Source: Somniosus microcephalus
Lineage: Eukaryota
NCBI GenBank assembly: GCA_052327205.1
Contig: CM126226.1
Span: 24,428,001-24,492,000, forward strand
Direction: 5' to 3'
Length of the DNA stretch: 64,000 nt
The notes beneath the pieces were generated by a model. That model searched no databases. It saw only the letters and a list, made by a program, of their open reading frames with translations, and was not told the origin of the DNA. Numbering within the stretch: the first letter of the stretch is position 1; each line of letters opens with the position of its first letter. The position numbers and the translations under genes were made by a program. Shown piece after piece: positions 12,501 to 24,500 of the stretch.

Positions 12501-15500
12501 CAAACTGGGGGTGGGGAGGAGGTTATAGCTACTAATGTGGAGGACTGCACCAAAACACAGGAAGACATAAACAGGCTTGCAGAATGGGTGAATAAATGAC
12601 AAATGAAATTCAATATAGCAAAGTGTGAGGTGGTTCATTTTGATAGAAGGAATAATGAAGCCACTTATTCCTTAGAAGGTAAGAAACTAAATGGGGTAGA
12701 GGAGCAAAGAGATCTGGAAATAGAGACACATAAATCGCTAAAAGTAGCAATGCAAGTTGCTAAGTCTATAAAGAGTGCAATCAAAGTACTGCAGTTCATT
12801 TCTAGAGGAATAGACTCCAAAAGCAGAGAGGTCATGTTAAATTTATACAGAACCTTGGTTAGACCACACCTGAAGTTCGGGGCTCAGTTCTGAACAAAAA
12901 GGATCTTGAAACATTGGAGAAGGTGCAGAAAAGATTTACAAGGATGTTACCAGAATTGAGAGGATGCAACTTTGAAGAAAGTTTGAACAGGCAGGGGCTC
13001 TTTTCTTGGAAAAGAGAAGACTAAGAGGAGACCTGATAGAAATCTTTACAACGATGAAGGGGTTTGCTAGGGTGGACATGGAAAAATTGTTTCCATTTGT
13101 GGGTAAGTCCAGAACAAGAGGGCAGCAATACAAGACAGCCACTAACAGATCAAATGAAGAACTTAGGAGGAATTTACACAGAGAGTGGCGAGAATGTAGA
13201 ACTCACTGCCACATGGAGTGGTTGAAGCAGAGAGCATTGATGCATTTAAGGGGCGGCTTGATGATTACATAAGGGAGAAGTGACTAGAGCGATAGGGGGG
13301 CAGGGTAGGAAGAGATATTTAAAGTGGGAGGAGGCTTGTGTGAAGTATAATCACCGGCATAGACCTGTTGGGCTGAATGGCCTGTTTCTGTGCTGTAGCT
13401 CCTATGTAAGGGTGATTCTCAAGCTCTGGTTATCCTGTGCTACCAGTTTCAGACAAGCAGCTACAAAGTACCATCCATAGCTGGCAATACCCACTTAAGT
13501 TCCCTTGGCCGTGAATCATACTTTGGGTGCCAGGAGAGAGATCGGCAGTAAATGTTTGGCTATTTTGAGAGTGCGGGTGGCGGCATCCACATTCTAGTAA
13601 TACGTAAAAAAAACCCCAACATCTTTCATTCTAAAATACCCAGGAGGTTCAACAGGTGGATTCTCACACTGCTGCCTTCTGAGTCACATCGGGACCAGAC
13701 TCTGGAATTATACGGTTACTTTTGTGTCGCTATGAAGCTGAAACCACTTTGAGGCAACATAAAAGTGGCTGTACCTTTACCCTAACAAACTTCCCAGCGC
13801 TGCCAACACTCACAGTTCTCAAATGGTGCCTCGCTCATTGACACTACCTCAAGGTTCCAACTGCATTGCAACTCGCAACTCTTTTTAAAACTTTTTTGTC
13901 TGGACGGCACACGTATTTTTTTTCTTATTCGAATGGGACGTGCAAAAAATTGGCTGCGGGTCCCTCAACAGCAGCAACTTAAATATTATAACACTAGAGT
14001 GCATGTGATGAGCTTGGAAGGCAGACTTTCTGGTTTAACAAGATTGATGTAGACCTAAGTTGGCTGTTTCTTGTATCAAATACGTCACAGAATGATTTCT
14101 CTGTGGGAGGGGGAATGTTGTCTGGCGGGTAGCTGGCCAGGACTGATTAATGGAGGCATGAGATGGATGAATAATTTAGATTTTTGCAGAACTTTCATGC
14201 AGGAGAGTAAATGGGTAGTCCAGAGTCTTTAATAGGGTAGATTTCATTTGGTCTGTGCAATAACTAGGGACCTGATGGATCGAATAGCTTTCCCTTGTTG
14301 CATGCTTTCCAGTATTGTTATGTAGTGTAGTGTGCTGGCTCCTAAAGTTAGGTGAGTGATGACTAAGTTTCACAAACTTGTGAAACTTGCTCTGGAACTG
14401 GTTTGCTCTCTTAAGGTAGACTGGCCTAGGCCTACTTTACTTCTCTCAATCAATCTTTCCAACTGACCTTTTTTCTCCCCCAAGGGACGTCTAGATAATG
14501 GGTGAGGCCAGAGTGTAGGCCATCGCCAAGGGGCAGCATAGGAGGGAATCGGCGAATGATACAGCACAGAAGAAGGCCATTCGGCCCATCATGCCTGCAC
14601 TGGCTCTTTGATAAGCCAGTTAATTAGTCCCACTCCCCTGCTCTTTCCCCATAGCCCTGTAAATTTTTTCAGTATTAATCCGATTCCCTTTTGAAAGTTA
14701 CTATTGAATCTGCTTCCACAACCCTTTCAGGCAGGGGAGTTATCCCCGGTGTCCTGGCCAATATTGCTCAGTGGGGTAGCGCCCTCCCCTCTGAGTCAGA
14801 AGGTTGTGGGTTCAAGTCCGCATTTCCCACATTACAACAGTGACTGCACTTCAAAAGTACTTCATTGGCTGTAAAGCACTTTGAGACGTCCGGTGGTTGT
14901 GAAAGGCGCTATATAAATGCAAGTCTTTCTTTGTTTTCCCTCAATCAACATAACAAAAACAGATTATCTGTTCATTATCACATTGCTGTTTGTGGGAGCT
15001 TGCTGTGCGCAAATTGGCTGCCGCGTTTCCCACAATACAACAGTGACTACACTCCAAAAGTACTTCATTGTCTGTAAGGCGCTTTGAGATGTCCGGTAGT
15101 CGTGAAAGGCGCTATAGAAATGCAAGTCTTTCTTTCATTGCATTCCAGATCACAACAACTCGCTGCGTAACATTTTTTATCCTCATGTCTCCTCCTTAAA
15201 TCTGTATCCTCTGGTTACTGACTCGGTGCCGTTTCCTGCTCTCTTCCCGAACTTGACAATTTAATTCACTTTGCCTCCAATTTCCACCCTTCCCTCACCT
15301 TCACATGGTCCATCTCTGACTCTTCCCTTCCCTTCCTTGACTTCTCCGTCTCCATCTCTGGGGATAGGTTATCGACCAATATTCACTACAAGCCCACTGA
15401 CTCCCACAGCTACCTGGACTACCCTTCCTCCCACCCCGCTTCCTGTAAGGACTCTATTCCATTCTCCCAGTTTCTCCGTCTCCGCCGTATCTGTTCCGAC

Positions 15501-18500
15501 AATGCCACCTTCCACACCAGTGCTTCAGACATGTCTTCCTTTTTCCGCAACCGAGGATTCCCCTCTACCGTGATTGACACTGCCCTCGACCGTGTCAGTT
15601 CTATCTCCCGCACTTCTGCCCTCACCCCTGCCCCTCCCTCCCGGAACCACGATAGGGTTCCCCTTGTCCTCACCTTTCACCCCACCAGCCTCCACATTCA
15701 ACGGATCATCCTCCGGCATTTCCGCTACCTCCAAAGTGATCCCACCACCAAACGTATCTTCCCCTCCCCTTTCAGCATTCCGCAGCGACCGCTCCCTCCG
15801 AGACACCCTAGGCCACTCCTTTATCACACCAAACAGCCCTTCCCCTTCGCCTGGCACCTTCCCGTGCAAGCGGAGGAGATGTAACACCTGCCCCTATACC
15901 TCCCCCCTTCCCACTGTCCAGGGCCCCAAACACCCCTTCCAGGTGAAACAGCGATTTACTTGTACTTCTCGCAATCTAGTATACTGTATTCGCTGCTCAC
16001 GAAGCGGTCTCCTCTACATTGGGGAGACCAAACGCAGATTGGGTGATCGCTTTGCGGAACACCTCCGTTCAGTCCGTAAGGGTGACCCCGAGCTTCCGGT
16101 CGCCTGTCATTTTAATTCACCGCTCCATTCCCACTTGGACCTCACCGTCCTTGGCCTCTTGTATTGTTCCACGGAAGCTCAACGTAAACTCGAGGAACAG
16201 CACCTCATCTTCCGATTAGGCACTCTGCAGCCTTCCGGACTCAATATTGAGTTCAACAATTTCAGATCATAACCTCGGCCCCTATTTCATTTTTTCTTGC
16301 AATTTTTCCACCCCTTTCCCCCCCCCCCCCCTTTCCTTTTGTTTCTCTCTCACACCTGGCAGCTATCTCTTGCCCTGCCAGTACACTTTACACCTAATCT
16401 CAGCCTATTACCATCTCGTCTAGCTTCTAATACCTTTTATTGTCTCTTTTTTACTTCTTTTGTTTCTTTTATTCTTTTGTCCGATCGCAGCCCTGCCTCC
16501 GATCTATCTTTTCTTTCCAGTTTTGAAGAAGGGTTCGACCCGAAACGTCAACTCAAATTTCTGTCCACGGATGTTGCCTGACCTGCTGAGTTTTTCCAGC
16601 ATTTTCTGTTGTTATTTCTACTGCCACTGGAAACAGTTTCTCCTTACTTACTCTATTCAAACTCTTCATGATTTTGAACAACCCCAGTTTCTCCAGTCTT
16701 TCCGCATAACTGAAGTCGCTCATCCCAGGTAACATTCTAGTAAATCTCCTCTGCACCCTCTCTGAGGCCTTGACATCCTTCCTAAAGTGTGGGCTCAGAA
16801 TTGAACTCAGTACTCCAGCTGAGGTCTAACCAGTGTTTTATAAAGCTTTAGCATAACTTCTTTGCTTTTGTACTCTATGCCTCTATTAATAAAGCCAAGG
16901 ATGCCATATGTTTTTTTAACAGCCTTCTCAACTTGTCCTGCCACCTTCAAAGATTTATGTACACACCCCCCCAGGTCTCTCTGCCCTGCATCCTCTTTAA
17001 AATTGTACCATTTCGTTTATATTGCCTCTCCTCATTCTTCCTACCAAAATATATCACTTCACACCTCTCTGTGTTAAATTTCAACTGCCCATGTGTCTGC
17101 CCATTTCCCCAGTCTGTCTATGTCCTCCTGAAGTCTGTTGCTATCCTCCTCATTGTTGACTACATTTCCGAGTTTCATGTCATCTGCAAATTTGAAATGT
17201 TGCTCTGTATACTCAAGTCTTATACTTAATATATATCAGAAAGAATAGTGATCTTAATACTGACCCCTGGGGGACACACTGTATATTTCTCTCCAGTCTG
17301 AAAAACAACCATTCACCTCTACTCTCTGCTTTCTGTCCCTTAGCCAATTTCATATCCACATTGCCACTATCCCTTTAACCCCCATGGGCTTTAATTTTGC
17401 TAACAAGTCTATTATGTGCAACTTTATCAAACGCCTTTTGAAAGTCCATATACACATCAGCCACATTACCCTCATCAAACCTCTCCGTTACTTCATCAAA
17501 GAACTCAATCAAGTTAGTCAAACATGATTTGCCTTTAACAAATCTGTGTTGATTTTCATTTAGTGGCCCATACTTTCCCAAGTGCCAATTAATTTTGTCC
17601 TGGATTATTGTCTCTAAAAGCTTCCCCACCACCGACGTTAGGCTGATAGGCCTGTAGTTGCCGTGTTTATCCCTCTCCCCTTCTTTGAACAGCGGTGCAA
17701 CATTTGCCATCCTCCAGTCCTCTGGCACCACTCCATATCTAAGGAGGATTGGAAGATTGTGACCAGAGCTTCCACAATTTGCACCCTTACTTCACTCAGC
17801 CACCTAGGATGCATCCCATCCGGCCCGGGTGGGATTTCTAATTTGAGTACTGTTAACCTTTTAAGTACATCCACTTTATCTATTTTTATCCTATCCAACA
17901 TCGCTGCTACCTCCTCCTTTACTGCTACATTGGTAGAATCCTCTAGTGAAGACAGATGTGCAAAGTACTCATTTAGTACCTCAGTCATGCCCTCTGCCTC
18001 CACAAGGAGATCTCCTTTTTGGTCCCTAATCGCCCCCACCCTTCCTTTGACTATCCTTTTACTATTTATGTGTTTATAAAATACTTTTGGGTTCCCTTTT
18101 ATGATAACTGCTAATCTATTCTCATATTCTCTCTTTGGCCCTCTTATTCCCTTTTTTAGATCTCCTCTGTACTTTCTGTATTCAGCTTGGTTCTTTACTG
18201 TATTATGAACTTTACATTTGTAATAAGCCTCCCTTTTCTGTTTCATTTTGATCTCTATCTTTAATCACCCAGGGAGTTCTTGCTTTGGATGCCCTTCCTT
18301 TCCCCCTTGTGGGAATGTGTCTAGTCTGTACCTGAACCATCTTCTCTTTGAAGGCCTCCCATTGTTCACTGTTTTGCCTACTAATTTTTGATTCCAATCC
18401 ACCTGGGCCAGATCCCTTTTCAACTCTGTGAAATTAGCCCTCCTCCAGTTAAGTATTTTAATACTTGATTGTTTGTTGTTCTTTTCCATAACTATTCTAA

Positions 18501-21500
18501 ACCGGATGATATTATGATCACCGTTCCCCAATTCTCTCCCACGAAAACATACTCCACTTGCCCCACTTCATTCCCCGGAACTAGATTCAGCACTGCTTCC
18601 TTCCTTGTTGGACTGGAAACATACTGATAAAGAAAGTTCTCTTGTACAGATTTCATGAATTCCTGCCCCTCTTTGCCCTTTACACTGTTATTATCCCAGT
18701 CTATATTAGAATAATTGAAGTCCCCCATTATCACTACTCTATAGTTCTTGCATCTTTCTTTCGTTCTTTCTTTCTTCATCTCAAAGGACATTGAACTTGT
18801 CGTTAAATTGAGCTCCCGGTGACAGTAACAAACCAAACCAATGGAACGGTCCTCTCCAGGACCAAAGAAAACTACATGTAGGCCCAGCCATCCGAATATG
18901 CCAACTTAACATCGAAGGCATCTCTCGTTCAAAATGCGAATATCTCGAACGGTTACTCAAGAAACACAGCATTGATGTCCTGGTTCTTGAAGAAACACAC
19001 ATCAAACACATCCACCAGTTCGACACAAGAGGACGTATCACAGGCTTGCAATAACCATCCCAAATATCAAAAGTTGTTTTTGTGACTGGAAACCTGTATC
19101 CAGTGGTGTACCGCAGGGATCAGTGCTGGGTCCCTTGCTGTTTGTAGTATACATTAATGATTTAGATATGAATGTAGGAGGTATGCTCAGTAGTTCGCAG
19201 ATGACACGAAAATTGGTGGAGTGGTGAAGAGGGAAGCCTGAGGCTATAGGACGATATAGATGGGATGGTTTGATGGGCAGAACAGTGGCAAATGGAATTT
19301 AACCCTGAAAAGTGTGAGGTGATGCATTTTGGGAGGACAAACAAGGCAAGGGAATACACAATGAATGGTAGGATCCTAGGAAGGACAGAGGATCAGAGGG
19401 ACCTCGGTGTGCATGTACATAGATCCCTGAAGGCAGCAGGACAGGTAGATAAGGTGGTTAAAAAGGCATATGGGACACTTGCCTTCATTAGCCGAGGCAT
19501 AGAATATAAGAGCAGGGAGGTTATGATGGAGCTGTACAAAACATTAATTAGGCCACAGCTGTGTGCAGTTCTGGTCACCAGACTACAGGAAGGATGTGAT
19601 TGCATTTTGGAGAGGGTGCAGAGGAGATTTATCAGGATGTTACCTGGGCTGGAGCGCTTCAGCTATGAAGAGAGACTGGACAGGCTGGGGTTGTTTTCCT
19701 TAGAGCAGAGAAGGCTGAGGGGGGGACCTGATTGAGGTGTACAAAATTATGAGGGGCATAGATAGGGTAGATAGAAAGGAACTTTTCCCCTTGGTGGAGG
19801 GGTCAATAACCAGGGAGCATAGTTTCAAGGTAAGGGGCAGGAGGTTTAGAAGGGATTTGAGGAAAAACTTTTTCACCCAGAGGGTGGTTGGAATCTGGAA
19901 CTCACTGCCTGAAAGGGTGGTAGAGGCAGGAACCCTCACAACATTCAAGAAGCATTTAGATGAGCACTTGAAATGCCATAGCATACGAGGCTACGGACCA
20001 AGTGCTGGAAAATGGGATTAGAATAGACAGGGCTTGATGGCCGGCACGGACACGATGGGCCGAGGGGCCTCTTTCTGTGCTGTATAACTCTAGGACTCTA
20101 TATGGCCTGGCGTGCTATGTCAAACAAGGCATTGAAGGCTGCACCGAACTCGAACATACCAGTATTTCCGGAGTTTTCACTACAGCAATACGTGTAGAAA
20201 CATAGAAAAATACAAGCAGGAATAGGCCATTCGGCCCTTCGAGCCTGCTCTGCTATTCAATATGATCATGGCTGATCCTCTATCTCAATACCATATTCCC
20301 GCTCTCTCCCCATACCCCTTGATTCCTTTTTTGTCTAGAGAATGTAGGAGAGCTAACAGTCTCCAATGTCTACAAAGTACCAGTCGTACAGTGGCCTGAC
20401 CCACCGCTCCCTCCAATACATCCATCCATTTCGGAGACTTTAATAGCCACCACACAATGTGGGGCTGCGCAGATGTCAACTTAATGGAGAAGCAATTGTA
20501 CAGTGGGCTTCGCTAGATAATAAATTCCTCCTTTTTGACGTCAAAAATCGAGGTACGTTTCATTCGCCAAGGTGGCAGAGAGAATATAACCCAGACCTAT
20601 GTTTCAGCTCTAAAGACAGCAAAGGAAACCCAATCATCGCCTCCAGAACTGTTCTTGACGACTTCCCCAACTGTCAACTCAGGCCCTCAATCATCAACAT
20701 TGGCATCGAAATTCCTGTCATTACATCAACACCGGAACCACGATGGAACTTCAAAAAAGCAGACTGGGAAAGTTTCCAAAGGTCCGGACGTATCACAGGC
20801 TCGATGGGCCGAAATGGCCTCTATCTGCACTGTGGGGTTTCTGTGGTTTCTTGCTGCATCTGCGCTGTATTTGTGCTCCTCGGGCCTCCCACGATGCTCT
20901 CTGTCGCTCTGACCATACCTCCTCGGATGATGAAATAAATCATGCGATGGCAGGTAGATGACAAGCTTGGGATTTGAAAGCCTTGTAGATTGTAGTGGAA
21001 GGCTATTAAATATAGTTAATTTGTATGGCCAGCTTACCTTCACCCCTACCCCCACACAGGGTGCCTAAGTTTTACCCTTGTGATGTGGGAGACATGATCA
21101 GAGAATAATAAATAAAATGCTGTCTTCTGCCAAATTCTAACAGACCTGTCATCTTGGATGAGCATCAGCCTGGGGTGCTGTGATACCACATATTATATAC
21201 ATGTCACTTAGTGCAATTGGATTGTCCCCCCAACCTGCAGCTCGGTTCCTGGCCCTGCAAGACAGAAAGCTTTAGTGCGATGATTAAAAAAAACTGCATT
21301 TTGTTCATGAGCAAATTTGAAGCTTTTGTACTTGTTGATTGATATTTCTTACTGACCTACTAGATGGACTTCATGAAAATGAAGAACTGTGCTGTTTTAC
21401 CAACATACAGTATTAATATAAAATCACCATCTTTTGAGGCATTTGAGGAATTTGCACAAGCTTAGAAAGGTGGTTGGTTGAAAATTAATCAAAACTGCAA

Positions 21501-24500
21501 TAAGACAAGGAGATTTTATTCTCTATCAAATGCTACCATGGCCTATATTTGGTAAACATTTATCAAGTCAAAGGATGTCAGTACTGAGAAACTCCAATAC
21601 ATCAGGCACTTTCAGGTCAGGCAAAGCCTTATCAGGGTTTCAGTTACACTACAAATACAGTGTTTGTTTGAAGCTCTTTCTGCTTTACACCAACACTAAG
21701 GAGTCCGTGTTCCACATATATACAGAATGTGAGAGGTTGCAGCCCCTCTTTCATTATTTGAAGGGGCTGCTCCTCGATTTTTGGCTGCACTTCAGTCCCA
21801 CGCTTCTGATCTTTGGTCACCCGGTGCGGGGAGGGGGGGGAGCGGGCAGATCGGAGGACCTCCTCATAGGATTGCTCCTGGGACCAGCCAAAGTGGCCAT
21901 TAACAGGTCCAGGCAGCGGGCGATCGAGGGGGTTGTTTGGCCCGACTGCCTGCCTCTCTTCCGCGGCCATGTTCGCGCCCAGGTGGCCCTGGAGATGGAG
22001 CACGCAGTGTCCGCCGGCACGCTCGAGGCCTTCCGCGCCCGGTGGGCACCGCGGGGACTGGGGTGCATCATCACCCCGGCCAATGAAATTTTAACTTAAT
22101 TTGTTAAGGTTCTTTTAAAGTTTTATTAATTTACAGACGATTTGTTTAATCACCCAACCAGAAGAGTACACCAACACTAAGGAGTCCGTGTTCCACGTGT
22201 ATATGGAATGTGAGAGGTTGCAGCCCCTCCTCCATTATTTGAAGGGGCTGCTCCTTCATTTTTGTCTGCACTTCAGTCCCACGCTCCTGATCTCTTTGGT
22301 CACCCGGTGCGGGGAGGGGGGGGGCGAGAGCGGGCAGATCGGAGGACCTCCTCATTGGGCTGCTCCTGGACCTGGCCAAAGTAGCCATTAACTGGTCCAG
22401 GCAGCGGGCGATCGAGGGGGTCGTTCGACCCAACTGCCTGCCTCTCGTTCGCGCCCGGGTAGCCCTGGAGATGGAGCACGCTGTGTCTGCCGGCACGCTC
22501 GAGGCCTTCCGCGACCAGTGGGCACCGCGGGGACTGGGGTGCATCATCACCCCGGCCAGCACAATTTTAATTTAATTTGTTAAGTTTTATTTAAAGTTAT
22601 ATTAGTTACAGTTGATTTGTTTTAGTGCACCCATTCAAAAGAGTACACCAACACTAAACTTGTGTTGTGTAAATCCAGATATTACAAATTTTGGGTCTAG
22701 CTTAGTTATTTTCTTGGGTTAACGTCACTGGTCTCTGTCCATTATGATCAAGTGTTTACTTTTTCTACCAATATCTATATGTATGATCTTGTAACTGGGG
22801 GGGGGGGGCGGGGGTTTGAGGAAGGGTTACAATGAAACTTCTTGTTTATATTGACCAGATGCCGTAATCCTCCGCATGTGTCTTCATATGCACGCCTCTA
22901 ATTTTCTCAAAAGCAGATTGATTAACACTTTAGTGAGACAAGGCCAGATTCAGATTGTTAACCTGTCTTATTTTACAGTCAGTAGTGAACATACAGACCA
23001 ATAGTTATAGCAAATCTCACCTTACTTCAGCTTAACTTTGGTTCTCCGTAAATAAGAAAAATAATGCCCTGGATTTTGCAGTGGGTAATGACGCCGAACT
23101 GACAGCGTTCGTTGCGATTACCCCTCTGAAACTGACTGCAACTTCAGGATTTAGTGCATGTGCATCTAAAGGTGGAAATCCTGAAGTAGTGGTCAGTCCG
23201 TCACTGCTCTGACACAGGCTGTGCTGTGCCCCCTCCCCACCGCACCACCCCCCCCCCCCCCGCCATAGCCAGTGTGATCAGTGAAATCAGTGGAACTGAC
23301 AGAAACTTGAGCTTTTCTGCGATAATATTGCTGTTAAATACCCCATTAAATGTTAAGCCTTGTTGGAATAGGTGTAACTGGGGTTTAAACCGCATATTGA
23401 TTGCTAAACAACCGTTCTGACCCTGAAAAACAAATTTTTATATTTCTGGAATTTTGCAATTATGATAAAAATTAGAATTTAAAAAATATTTTTATTAAAG
23501 TTTGTTCATGATAATTCAGCTGCTACCCTATCCCAGTGTGAAAGTCCCAATCTTTATTTTGCTCTCTGTAACATTTTTAAAAAGTGAGGATGCTTTTTAT
23601 TTCCTGGCTTGTTGTCTGTGAGAATTCTTCAATGTGATTGGCTGCTTAGACAGCTTGTTGCCATCACTGCAGCATCGCCATAGGAATCCCCTATTCACAG
23701 CACTGCAATCAATTACACGTCGAGGAACCTCACGCTTTTGCCACAGAGATTGCGAGATCTCTGTGGGCAGCTCACTTCGAAGGTCAGCAGTGAGCGCCTT
23801 TGCTTCGCTGCCGACCGCAAATTACGGGCCAATAAACTGTGCCAGGGTGGAAACACTTGTTTATGGTCAGCTCCATTACTGAATCAAGACTAAGGCTTGC
23901 TCTGGGCCTGGTTAGCTCTCTTAAGGTAGACTGGCCTAGGCCTGTCTTCTCTCAACAGATCTTTCCAACTGACCTTGAATCTGTGGGTAAGGAATTTTAT
24001 CTATTTGTGGCACTGATAATAGTGCACACAAGCAAGGTGTTTTGGTGAGGTCTAACGACATAAATAGTAACAGTATGTGCGTCTTTAAGGACTTTAATAT
24101 TCTGGCCCTCCTACATATTTTTAAACACTATTCCATTCTGCTCAAATTGTAAACTTAGAGAACAACTTAAGAAATAAACTATACAAGCAGTGTAGCTACA
24201 ACCCACTTGACTTCTGCCTGTAATTTTAGTGTGCGTACGATGGCTCCCAGGTTGGCAACCTCTTGTTGGTTAATTTCAGTGATTGATGGCTGGTGCCATC
24301 ACCAATAAAAAAGGAAGCAAGTGCCCCATTTTAAAAGGGGCACCACCAATAAACTGTAAATTAGTTCAGCCCACCGCTCGAGGAAGGCCTCAAGCGTGCC
24401 AGTGCCCAGGTTGGCAACACTCTACTCAGCTCCTCTCTTTTGAAGCTCTCTCCAGGGCCATCCATTTCCCTCCTTATTGTGGACAATTGCATTGCCATCA

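Larger units (their letters stand above)
14556..18765 (-). mobile_element. Long CR1 LINE (APE-RT ORF2 remnants) carrying nested SINE and Penelope insertions
   Basis: Minus-strand ORFs with [43 protein letters not shown] and [11 protein letters not shown]; 3' end near 14556. Colinear sequence resumes after each insertion. Confidence 0.93.
18775..20790 (+). mobile_element. Vingi/Ingi-clade LINE endonuclease region, split by two CR1 insertions
   Basis: Conceptual translation [30 protein letters not shown]|[49 protein letters not shown] is an APE domain of Ingi/Vingi type. Confidence 0.8.

Noticed and set aside
18784-18822. 2A-like peptide (DIEL...) before the Vingi endonuclease
   Set aside because: No NPGP follows, and the DIEL codons are out of frame with the APE domain.
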